Source: Eledone cirrhosa (Eukaryota). Taken from it: DNA of 64,000 nucleotides. Under the pieces are notes generated by a model. The model searched no databases. It worked only from the letters and a program-made list of their open reading frames with translations, and was not told the origin of the DNA. Shown in pieces: positions 40,139 to 53,068 of this stretch (its first letter is position 1; every line of letters begins with the position of its first letter). The position numbers and the translations under genes are program-made. The stretch covers positions 16,926,001 to 16,990,000 of the forward strand of contig OZ024754.1 in NCBI GenBank assembly GCA_964016885.1, in the 5' to 3' direction.

Positions 40139-40789
40139 TTAATCATTATTGTATTGTACATGTTTTATTATGTTTTGTGTAATTAAAATAAATGAGCAAA
40201 GTACACAACATTTTTTTAAAATTTAAGACTTTTGCAACAAAATCAAATTTTCTGACAATTTGTTGGGCTGCACACCCGTGTACCCGTAGAAGTATGCCAC
40301 TGATGTTGCCCATTAGTTCAGTTAAGTTTGAAAACAATCAAGAATTTGAACAAACTTAGTATATTTTAGTAAATTCCTCCAAATTCTAAATGAACTGAAA
40401 TAGGTAGTGTTTTTCATTAGAAATATGGTAAGGAAACGGTTAAAATCCTCATATGCAAATGATATAAAGATGTTTATTGGAGATGTGAGAAAAACGTCGA
40501 TATGCATATATCTCTGTCAAGTTTTGTTAGTTGAGATGGAGAACATGCTGTTTTCCTTTATTTTAGATATGGCAATGAATACTGATTACCCCTCCCCCAC
40601 CCCTTAAATGCTAAGTTAATTCATCTTAAAGTAATCAGATTTCTTTGCTTTACTTCCAAAACCTGCTACTGTTCAGTGTATGTTGTAGTAACTCTGTCAG
40701 GTGGTGAGTAATAATTATAATTTGAAATACCATAGGATAAACAAGACAAAGAAAACCAGGTAAAGTCACCACAGCTCCAGTATTAAAGA

Positions 40790-41095
40790 CATGGGGTTAG
40801 AATGTTTAAAGAAAGAATGGCAGGAGAGTTGCTCCAGATAGAGTCATTACTTATTCACATGGAGAGATCACACCTTCGGTACTATGGACATGTGGTTAGA
40901 ATGTCTAATGAAAGAATTGCTGGACACATTTTACAGGCAAAGCCAACTGACAGGAGACTCAGAGGTAGACCACAAGCAAAATAGTTGGATAACATCCAGG
41001 AGCTTGGTTGGTCATGCTTGATGACCCAGCCAAATAATTTAGAGACAGCACCTTAACCTTCAATATTACACTACCCAAGATTGCTCCTGGTTCTA
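40790..41095 (+). mobile_element. Old RTE/Expander-type LINE 3' fragment
   Basis: ERSHLRYYGHVVRMSNERIAGHILQAKPTDRRLRGRP; a related longer fragment lies at 53690-54142. Confidence 0.8.
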
Positions 41096-41267
41096 AGATA
41101 TACAAAATCTTGATTGAAAATGTCTGTATTTAAACTAGAGCTTTCCTTAGTTTTATGTGAGAATCTTTTGGTGAGTACTCTTCGAAACTCCAACTTAATG
41201 ATAAAAATGTTAATTTTCAAAATTAATACGTATGTATTATATATCTTAGTAAAAATTATCATAACTA

Positions 41268-41960
41268 TGTGTAATAGTAATATACGTGAACGGCAAAGCA
41301 TAAACGAACTAAGGAAAAAATTAGAAATAAGTGGGATCAGATGTTGTTTACTCGAGAGAAGGTTACGTTGGTACGGACACGTGATGTGCATGAAAGTTGA
41401 TAGCTGTATAACAAAGTGCAGGGCAATAAAGATAGACGGTAGCCACGGAATAGGCAGACCTAGAAAATCCTGGGACGAGCTGATAAACTCCGACCTCATA
41501 CACTTACACCTCTCCAAGACAGTGTCACTGGACCGAGACCTTTGGCGGTACTCAGTAATAGAGAAGACCCGCCTTACCTAAATACATAGTAAAACCTACT
41601 ACAGTCAGTAGGCATCTCTAACAAAATACACCCCCCCCCCACCCCATACACCCCCACCCCTTCTATGTAAAGTTATGTTGGTGCCACACCATCCAGGCCG
41701 AAACAAATGAGATCGTGTAGGTGTCACGACAAAAAACACACAGTCCACGCTGTAATGTGGCTGTGTAGACAACACGGTAAAAACCTCCCAGACCCACACT
41801 GTAAATGTGGTTGGTGTTAGGAAGGGCATCCAACTGTAGAAAACCTGCCAGACAGTCCTATGCGAGCAAGACAACCACTCTTGCCTCAAGTGGGACTACC
41901 CCCGTCCAAACCCATGCAAGCGTGGAACACGGACGTTAAACATTGATGATGATGATGATC
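41268..41960 (+). mobile_element. RTE LINE 3' fragment with SINE-like 3' UTR (sister subfamily of 9722-13205)
   Basis: MCNSNIRERQSINELRKKLEISGIRCCLLERRLRWYGHV...GRPRKSWDELI, then ggttggtgttaggaagggcatcc and (TGA)n. Confidence 0.85.
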
Positions 41961-42417
41961 ATTGTTTTAGCCAGATTTCAGCATCCCAGCAACTACCTCT
42001 GCTGGATTGATGGCTTCACTATTTTTCATCTCTTCAATTGCTTCTTTGATTCTATAAATATCAATTTATATAGCTGCCGTCTCTATTAGATGTTAAAAGG
42101 GTTAAGATCTGGAATTGTCAGTAGTAAAGAGTCATTAACAGCAACATTTTGTATTTATCGTCATCATCATTATCGCCGAGGTTAACTTTGCCTTTCATCC
42201 TTACGGGGTCGATAAAATAAAGTACCAGTAATACACTGGAATAATTGCTGGCCTTGTGCCAAAAGTAGAAACAATTATTTTGTATTTACTTTCTTGGCTG
42301 GCATGGATTGAACAAGTTGCTACAGTTGATACCAGTTTTTCTGTTGGTGTTACTGCTTTCTGAGACAGGTCAGATTGTGCCTTGTTATAATTATTTGGCA
42401 GGGTGTTATAATTATAA

Positions 42418-42610
42418 AGGGCGGTGGATTGGCAGTATCGGTAGAGAGTCGGGCGCCATGCTTTCCAGCATAGATACGTCCCTTTACGGACTGAGTTCAA
42501 ATCCCGCCGAGGTTGACTTTGCTTTTCATCCTTACGGGGTCGATAAAATAAAGTACCAGTAATGTACTGAGTAATTGCTGGCCTTGTGCCAAAAGTAGAA
42601 ACAGTTATAA
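42418..42610 (+). mobile_element. SINE family A, intact copy
   Basis: A-box-like tggcagtatcggtaga, B-box-like gagttcaaatcc, conserved body and tail. Confidence 0.85.
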
Positions 42611-42866
42611 TTATTTGGCAGGGTTTCTACAGATGGATGACATTAACACAATCACTTTACAAAATGAATTTACTTTCCATTGAAAAATATATAGATCTGA
42701 AGAAGAAGAAATGGAAAGTTAGCAAGAATGTAGATTTATACAAAAATACCTTGGAGTCCCTCAAATTACTGTGTCATATCAAAACTTAAAATGCCAGGTG
42801 GTTTGAGTTGAATACACTTAGTTGACAAAGTATCTTTTAAATACCTCTCTTTCAGCTATCATATAA

Positions 42867-42902
<36 letters not shown>

Positions 42903-44031
42903 TTGCATATATTGTTAAAGTCAGTTCTCCAGCTATTAAATGTTTACATGTGCTGTTGAATCATTGAAAAGATGTTCAATGTCTTCCACTTATTTTATCA
43001 ATACAGTAAAGCTGAAAGACAAAGTCTAGCTAGCCAGCAGGAGAGCAATTCAAAACATAGTGTGATATGTAATTAAAATGTTATGATATGTCCATTTAGT
43101 CCAGCACTCTACCATATAGTCTAATATTTTACATAACATTCAATGTATTTCACTACTACAACTATTATACACCAAACAAGGGAGCCACTACATGTTAGAA
43201 ATAGTAGCTAAATATCCTTCAATTCAAGCCCTACCATCTTAAAAATGGCAAGGACACAGTCTTAGATATACTGTTTGAATAAAATGCAATATGGTCATTT
43301 TGGTGCCACAATAAAAGGCACCCAGTACACACTATAAATGTGTTTGGTGTTAGGAATAACATCCAGCCTTAGAAACAAATCCAGAATCAGTTTTATTTAG
43401 CAAGATACCGTCATCTGATCTGACTTGTCTCACGAGACAACTCATTTAACCCATGCTAGCATGGAAAAATGGAGGTTAAACAATGTTGATGATGATGTTT
43501 GATTCAAAATTTTTTCTTTTTTTTTCACAAATTTTATCTATAATGAGGATTTAGTTATCCAATAATTTATTTATTAATTAAAACATATTACACAATCAAA
43601 AATAAGATAAAATTACCTCAAAATTTGAATATTAATTGTCTTTACCTTGAAATGGTCAGAATGTTTTTTATATGTTGAACATCAGTTGTTTGTAGACAGA
43701 AATAACTGACTATCTATCCTATTAAGTCATCATGAAAATGGAAGTTTCTGGAATCAATGTATTAATTTCAAATCATTTATAAATGTTAAATTTATGTTAA
43801 TATTTTTTTTTTTTTTTTGTATAAAATTGGAAAAAACTGACATTATTTGTATATGAAATTAATAGATTAATAAATTTAATGCTAAATAGTTGAGTGTTTG
43901 GAAAACATTTGCAATTTGAAGAATTATGTAATCATCATCACAACTGTGATTGATTTTAAATCTGCTTGTCTTATATAAAATTAGGATAGGAAGCTTTTAA
44001 ATAAATGTGATAAATGACATGAAAACAAATA

Positions 44032-44246
44032 CAGTCTGTTCACTTTTTACACAAAGATGTGTTCGTGAACGCGGCACGTAATGCGAATTAGTGTAATTCA
44101 AGTCTAATTTTCTGATAAATAAAAAAAAAATTAAAAACCACACATTATAGAGCGTCATTTATAAAGTGAATATCTAATAAAATTTTTTCAAGCGGTGTAA
44201 AAGTGAATTCACATACTTCATGTTTGCGTAAAAAACGAACAGACTG
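44032..44246. mobile_element. Tc1/mariner-pogo-type MITE
   Basis: TA|CAGTCTGTTCACTTTTTACACAAA ... TTTGCGTAAAAAACGAACAGACTG|TA: ~24-bp TIRs and TA TSD. Confidence 0.85.
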
Positions 44247-45018
44247 TAGAATGTTGTAAAACTGAGGGCAGTTTCAGGCAGTTTTGTATCATAGAACCTG
44301 GGGCTGTTTCAACCAGTTTGGTATGAAAAGGGTTAATTTCGAGTTGAAATACCATCAAGGTCAGTGAATATAACCAGTACCAGTCAGATACTGAGGTCAA
44401 TATAATCAACTCTTCTCTCCCACCTTGAAATTCTGGGCTTGTGAGTCTATGTAAAAAATCCTTATCATTACATTCCTTTGTCTTTGTAAATAAGTCTTTG
44501 AATTTGACATCTTAATTTGAAATATTTGTTAGTTTAAACATTTTTTTTTTTACTTTAAGTAATTTTGTGAAACCATGTTTTTTTTTTCTTGTTGTTTAAA
44601 AGTTGCTGACCTAATTAGTTATTTGTTACAAGGGAAAACATTTTCAGCATACAAATTACTGAAAAACAAAATATATATATATATAATACAATAAATAAAA
44701 GCTTTGTCCATAAAGACAGCCCCCTAGAATTCCTGGCGTATCTATTGCTATATGAGTCAGGAACTAGTCGACTTATATTATTGGCTGGCCTGTCAGGTTT
44801 GTTTCTCAAGTTTGATTCTGAAAGATTTTTATATTTGTGGAGAATATGGCGTCCAACCTTGACTGGGATTTAATGTTCATGGCTGTAGGATTTACTCATT
44901 TTACTAAAACGGTAATAATGTAAACTTCTAAACTTTAATTATATTCAATAACTTTCTGCTTATTTTGCTATAATTTTAAGGACATGTAATATTGAACTAT
45001 TATATTTCAATATCTTAA

Positions 45019-45520
45019 CTCTTTAGAATTTACATTACTCTATATATACTATTGTATTTTCATGGTAAAGACTTTATCGTACATAATTATTTCATGTAAT
45101 ATCAAATCTATGAGATTTTGATAATATTTAGTTTGAGAATAATATCTTAACATAAGTATGAGTGGCTGGTTACAGCCAGTTTGAACCGTATCTGGCCAAT
45201 TTAAATGCTAATGGGTTAAGTAATAATTTTAAAAAAACTTTTTTTTTTTAAATGTTGAATGATTTCTTTCATTTTATGTAATTACATTGATATGTGATGC
45301 AAGCATGGAGAATGGATGTTAACCCTTTAACATTTAAACTGGCCGTATCTGGCCAAAATTCTCTCATCTCTTTCTGTTCAAAGTGGCCCTAATTGGCTGC
45401 TCATACTTATGTTAAGGTATTCTTCTCAAAATAAATAATATCAAAATCTCGTTAATTCGATATTATGTGAAATAAAGTGAAATACAATAGTAAATATAGA
45501 GTAATGCAAACGGTAAAGGG
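45019..45520. mobile_element. Two piggyBac-like MITE-1 copies in opposite orientation (45019-45215, 45323-45520)
   Basis: Each is TTAA-flanked; the internal order is reversed between the copies. Confidence 0.75.
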
Positions 45521-46168
45521 TTAATGAAATAATTAACAATTTTTGTAAATCCTTCCTAGTTTTTCATTAATCAATTCAACTGTAACATATTTCATTATAA
45601 ATATATTAAAGAAAGGGTTAAGTTGCATTCCCAAGACAAGACACTTTATTCTGCCTTACTAAACTGAAATAGGCACAATTACCTTTTCTATCTCATAAAC
45701 TTGTTTCTATATAGAATCTCTTCCACGACCTCTGCTCCACAATACCCTGCTCTAAGAATACAAACCTATATTTTGAGGGTTAACTGAAACAGGTACTTCA
45801 TTTAACGCTTGATTAACTAGCATTGATTTAGAAAATCATTCACCTCAAAAAATTCCTGCTCTACAAATTCCTATAAATATGTACATTTTGGGTTTTTTTT
45901 TTTGGTTATGTAATTCACAATTGTGTGAAAAATCTCAAGAACACCAAACAAAGCTCTCAATAATAATTATTTTCTGATGTATAGAAGAAAACTGATTTGA
46001 AAAATTCTATGAAATTTGCTTTGAGCTTTCTATTAGATTGTTTGAAGTATTTTCGTTTTATGTTTAATGTATGTTTCTGAATATGTCTGTGTAAATTGTT
46101 TCTGTTTACAAGCTGTCCATTAGTTTTCTTTTTTTGTGGAATAGATTTTTCAATACATAATGCGATTG

Positions 46169-46203
<35 letters not shown>

Positions 46204-46636
46204 TATATAAAATGTGTTGAAGATCACTATAATAATGATATATATGCACATGTATGTATGTATGTACACATAGCAAAAATATTCCATTTGTTTGCTTTAA
46301 AAACTCCTTTCACTCCCGTGTTATGAATATTTAGTCTTATGTGTTTCTGTGTTTTATTTTCTGGTAAACTGTTCATTTGAATTTCATGAATATTATCTGT
46401 TTTTAAATCATGTTTAGTAGTCTTTATCTTCTGGAACCTGTAATTTAATTTAATGGTTTTAACTTTAATGATTAGATTGTACTGTTATAAAACATTATAA
46501 CTTTATTTTACACACCATCATCATCATCATATGTTTGCATGGGTTGAACAGGTCTTTTCCAGCACAGCATCCCGCCATTCACTGCTTTCTTTTGTCACCT
46601 TTCTCTGAAATAGGGTGACCACAGCTGTCTGGCATT

Positions 46637-48020
<1,384 letters not shown>

Positions 48021-48064
48021 TAATTCAAAATATTAACAAAAATAGAACTTCTTGTGATCAAGTA

Positions 48065-48131
48065 TATTTTATTATACATATTTCAGAGGTACTGAGCTAA
48101 CTTCAACAGTACGTCCTCTTCAGATAAAATA
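48065..48131 (-). ncRNA. Type-I hammerhead ribozyme (copy 1 of a pair)
   Basis: Minus strand: tattttat-CTGAAGA-ggacgtactg(ttgaagttagct)cagtacctct-GAAA-tatgta-TA-ataaaata. Confidence 0.88.
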
Positions 48132-48323
48132 AGATAAGATGATATATATACATATATATATATACTGTAAACGTGGTTGGTGTTAGGAAGGGCATCCAGC
48201 CGTAGAAAACCCGCCAGACAGTCCTATACGAGCAAGACAACCAATCTTGCCTCAAGTGGGAAAACTCCCGTCCACACGCATGCAAGCGTGGAAGATGGAC
48301 GTTAAACGATGATGATGATGATG

Positions 48324-48355
<32 letters not shown>

Positions 48356-48379
48356 ATATATACACATATATATATATAT

Positions 48380-48444
<65 letters not shown>

Positions 48445-48951
48445 CTTGCAAGCAGGGAAAAGCGGACGTAAAGTGATGATGATGATGATGATGATGATAT
48501 ACACACATATATATATATATATATATACACATATATATATATATATACACATATATATATACATATATATATGCATATATATATATAGTTAAAAGTTAAA
48601 TGCCAGACAGCTGTGGTCACCCTATTTCTTGGGCTGAGGTAGTGAGAGTTGATTTCAAATCACTAAAGGTCACAGTGAAAGGTGACAAAAGAAAGCAGTG
48701 AATGGCGGGATGCTGTGCTGGAAAAGACCTGTCCAACCCATGCAAACATATGATGATGATGATGGTGTGTAAAATAAAGTTATAATGTTTTATAACAGTA
48801 CAATCTAATCATTAAAGTTATATATATATTATCTAATCATTTAAGTTATATGTATATATATATTATACACACACACACACACACATATATCATCATTTTA
48901 CGTCCGCTTTTCCCTGCTATATATATACACACACACATACACACACACACA

Positions 48952-48985
<34 letters not shown>

Positions 48986-49025
48986 TTCAAAATATTAACA
49001 AAATAGATATTCTTGTGATCAAGTA

Positions 49026-49092
49026 TATTTTATTATACATATTTCAGAGGTACTGAGTTAACTTCAACAGTACGTCCTCATCAGATAAAATA
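49026..49092 (-). ncRNA. Type-I hammerhead ribozyme (copy 2 of a pair, canonical CUGAUGA)
   Basis: Minus strand: tattttat-CTGATGA-ggacgtactg(ttgaagttaact)cagtacctct-GAAA-tatgta-TA-ataaaata. Confidence 0.9.
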
Positions 49093-50060
49093 AGATGATG
49101 CATGACATACCCTGACATAGTAGATGGTTAAGATTCAGTCATGGTAGTATATACATACATACACATACGTACATACATATAGTTTGGATCTAGCTGTTGA
49201 AATGGCTAGAGCTCAGCTGACGGGATCCTGACTCTTTTCATATTACCCACTCTACTGCCCTAAGTATTGAGTACTCTGGTGCGTTATGGTCCACCTGGTA
49301 TCTTACTACACCCTCTTTGTTATATATATATATATATAAGTCATATCTGTATGAATACTGAGACTGCAGCAATGTGTATAATGTAATTAACTTTCTCCTT
49401 TCCTCCAAACAATTGTTGGCCTTTTGTTTAAAATAGAAACAATAATTTGTATTGATTTATTTATACTATCTGGCCTTTTTTTTAAAAGTTAGTTACTAAA
49501 TTTGATTTAAGTATTATTGAAAGGATCTCCTAAAATTTTCTTAATTAATTTTAATAATATTTTCCCGAGGTTAATCTTTTGATACATAAATGAATAAGAA
49601 TAAAATAAAAAAATAAAAAATCAAGACTTTATTATTTTCTAGTTTAATTTCCTTCACCAAAAATATTATCTTATCTTTTGTGAGAAAAATGAAATAAATT
49701 AATCTAATTAGTGTCCAATGTGTCATTCTCATTTAATGTTTCTCTTCATTTGTATTACAAATTAGAATGGTCATTGAAAAAAGATATTTCTGTCTGAGTG
49801 TGATGCTCTTATATGCTGGCGTTGTCTTATAAGTTAGAAATTACACTTTATTGCTCTTTTGTTTACTTGTTTTTTTGTTGTTTCCTAAGTCCTCCAGAAA
49901 TTTCTTAAAGGAGCATGAATTTTTTAAAATGCTGTTTTCATACTAAACCACCTGAAACCACCCTGATTCTCATCTAATACTGTTTATTGTAAAATGTTTA
50001 TATTTATCTAAACACCTTCCAATGCGCAAGAACTTTTGTTAGTTTAGCTTCCAAACACTG

Positions 50061-50589
50061 CAGGCTTCCCTTCCCAGCTCGGGCCGGTGGGGCTGGATCG
50101 AGGGGACGGCAAAAGGCCAGATGGCATGACCATCTTCCCGTTCCGCGGTGGCAAACCCCTCGTCTGGGATGCCACTTGCACTGACACTTTCTGCAGCCGC
50201 AACCTGGTGCAGCCTGCGACTAACCCAGGTTCTGCTGCACGTCGGGCTGAGGAGGCCAAACTCTTCAAATACCAGTCGCTCTCCGACAGGTTTGAGGTTG
50301 TACCCTTGGCAGTGGAGACTTCTGGTGTCCTCGGCCCTAGGGCTACCTCCCTACTCACCACCATAGGCGCTGAGCTGGCCAGCGGCAGGTGTGAGCCCCA
50401 CGAGTTGGAGTGGCTCTTCCAGCGCGTCTTCCTTGCTATCCTCCGGAGAAATGCCTTCTCTATTCTGTCCGCCGGGGCTGTGGGGAGACAAGCCGATTAT
50501 ATTACGAATTCTGTTGAATAGTGTTAGTTCATTATATTCTGTTATATTCTGATATATTCTGTTATATTTTGTTAAAATAATAAAAAAAA
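50061..50589 (+). mobile_element. 3' fragment of a CRE-clade non-LTR retrotransposon (restriction-like endonuclease)
   Basis: GKRPDGMT...LVWDATCTDT...AARRAEEAKLFKY...PLAVETSGVLG...FQRVFLAILRRNA. A-rich tail; inserted into a MITE-2 copy. Confidence 0.85.
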
Positions 50590-51312
50590 GTTAAATAATG
50601 AGAAAGTTGGTTATATTACTACATTTACACCAAATCTTTTTATTGCTTCCAAAATGATTTGACATCCATAGGCAGTGTCTTTCATTAAAACATGGCAAGG
50701 AAAGAGTTAATGATTATATTTTGAGAGATTCAAATACATTTTTTAATCCTTTTGATACCAACTGCTAAATTCTATGATGAAAAACCTTTTGTTTTAAAGT
50801 ATTTATCATCATCATCATTATTATTTACCACCTGCTTTCCCTGCTAGCTATATAGACCAAGTCAATACTGAAGCAGGGCCACTGATCTTCCAGGCAGGCT
50901 GAGGGGCCTGGATCTTATGTATGATCATATGTTCTATCAAGTGCAGAGGAGAATTTGTCATGGTGGAAAAATATTTTTGTTAAGCTGTGTATTAAATACC
51001 AGCTTATTAATGTTATTTTACTAAATTCATTCAAATTGTTGATGATTTACAAAATTAACTAAAAAACATAAATGCATACATCTGTCTCTACATAAATATA
51101 TGTGCACACACACACATGTGCATACACATACACACACATATATATAGATACATAAATACACACACATATATATATATAGATACATACATACACATACACA
51201 TATACACTTATGAAAGGGAAAAAGTTTGACAGTATTCTTTTATTTGTCTTTTACATATCAAATCAGTCATTATTCTAGAATATATTTAATTGAATTAATA
51301 TTAATTATAAGG

Positions 51313-52060
51313 ACTAGCAGAAAACCACCCGTGGGCGGTTTTCTGCTAGTCTATATATCTAAAACAGAGAATGTCTGTCTGTCAGCTCACTAAAACTTGA
51401 GAACCATCCAACCGATTGTTTTCAAACTTTAGACATGTAATACTTATGGTCCTGTGAGTGTTTTGAGCAAAAATTATTTCAAATTTTCAATGCCCTAGGG
51501 ACCGTATTAGGCGATTTAGCGTTCTCTCTATATACTTCTTAGTCTTTCTTTTTAGATAGATACATAGATATAACGTTGCGCCCTTATAATATCTGTCTGT
51601 ATGTCTGGCTGTCTGCATTACATCATTATCACGTGCTCAGTGTGTGTATGTATATATCCTAAACGGACGTTAGTCTGTTTAGTAATATTGTTGTGGTCGT
51701 GTTTTCGTTGGCAATCGTCTGTTTACGACAGTACAGCGCGGCTCTACTTTATTTAACCGAGATAAAACTTATATGAGCAGATCATTACGCATCTTTTGGC
51801 TTAAAAATCTAGAAATTTGGTCCAGCGGGAAAAAGTTTATAATCAAAGTTTGCTGATAAATCTTGTGTTCAAGTGAGTGAGTAGTAAGCGTGACGCTAGG
51901 GGAGGTAATCCAGAAATGACGTAGCTTTGTCATTAAGCCAGTTGCCTCAACTAGATTGCAATTATACTCAAAAGAACTTTAAAATGTCAATCACTTGTCA
52001 GTAATTCACTATGATCATTTAATTATTAGATAGTTGTTGCTTGCATTGCCTTAAAAAATA
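51313..52060 (+). mobile_element. Helitron-like non-autonomous element (5' TC end preceded by a CTAG-ended palindrome)
   Basis: TCTATATATCTAAAACAGAGAATGTCTGTCTGTC...CCGATT..TTCAAACTTT resembles invertebrate Helitron 5' ends. The 3' boundary is uncertain. Confidence 0.6.
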
Positions 52061-52064
52061 GTAG

Positions 52065-53068
52065 ACCAGATAGAAAAATGCGTACAGCAAAAAAAAGTAA
52101 TATTGTTGGAATATAAACCTTTAAAAATACAGGACAAGAAACTAAAATAAAACTTTAAAAGAATAGGACAAGAAACTAAGATAAAACTTTAAAGAATTGG
52201 ACAAGAAATAAAAAATTTTACAATAATATTAGTGGCAAAATTTTTATTGGTAAAAAATCGAGTTCCACATTCAGAGGTCGTCGTCAGACCGGGGGAATCA
52301 TTTGATCCTGGTTTGAACACCAATTGGGCCATAACCATACCCCTATTTCATCATTCGGTGACACGCCTCATGTGTCATGCATAATGTGAATGGATCCATG
52401 GGCCCATGAGCACAGATCTTGAGCAGCAGCGGACGGTCTTGTCGTCCTGCTCATCCTTGATCTTGACCAACCCATCCATCTTCTCCTTGCATCTTGTCCT
52501 TGAGTTCAAGTCCGGCAGTCCAGATGAATGCGTGCCACAGCTTTCTGGTACAGGAAGGGGGAGCAGGAGGACTGGAGGGATGACGGGACAGAGGGAGAGA
52601 GGACTGGTGGTTGAGGGAGGTGCCGTAGTCAGTGGTCAGAGTCGACATCTTGTACCGGTCGTCTTCTCCATCTTCGTCTGGTGTTGCGGGACCAGAAGTG
52701 CATTCTTGGAGGAGACCTGCAGCTGCATCCGCCAATTCTTCTTGCAATGGTCATTCTGACGGAGCAGAACTGCTCAGCCAACCAACCCCAATCAGAACCA
52801 ACCGCTCAGGGGCAACGCACAATGAGAGCATGACAATTATTATGCACTAATCAAGAAGATACTGGGGCATAGCACAGGAAACGAATAAGAAAATTTTACC
52901 ACTAATATTATTGTAAAATTTTTTATTTCTTGTCCAATTCTTTAAAGTTTTATCTTAGTTTCTTGTCCTATTCTTTTAAAGTTTTATTTTAGTTTTTTGT
53001 CCTGTATTTTTAAAGGTTTATATTCCAACAATATTACTTTTTTTTGCTGTACGCATTTTTCTACTGGT
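52065..53068. mobile_element. Long-TIR (fold-back) element with GC-rich internal segment
   Basis: ~180-bp inverted arms (52065-52248, 52884-53068), each with about 3 subrepeats ggacaagaaactaa.ataaaactttaaa. Confidence 0.85.
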
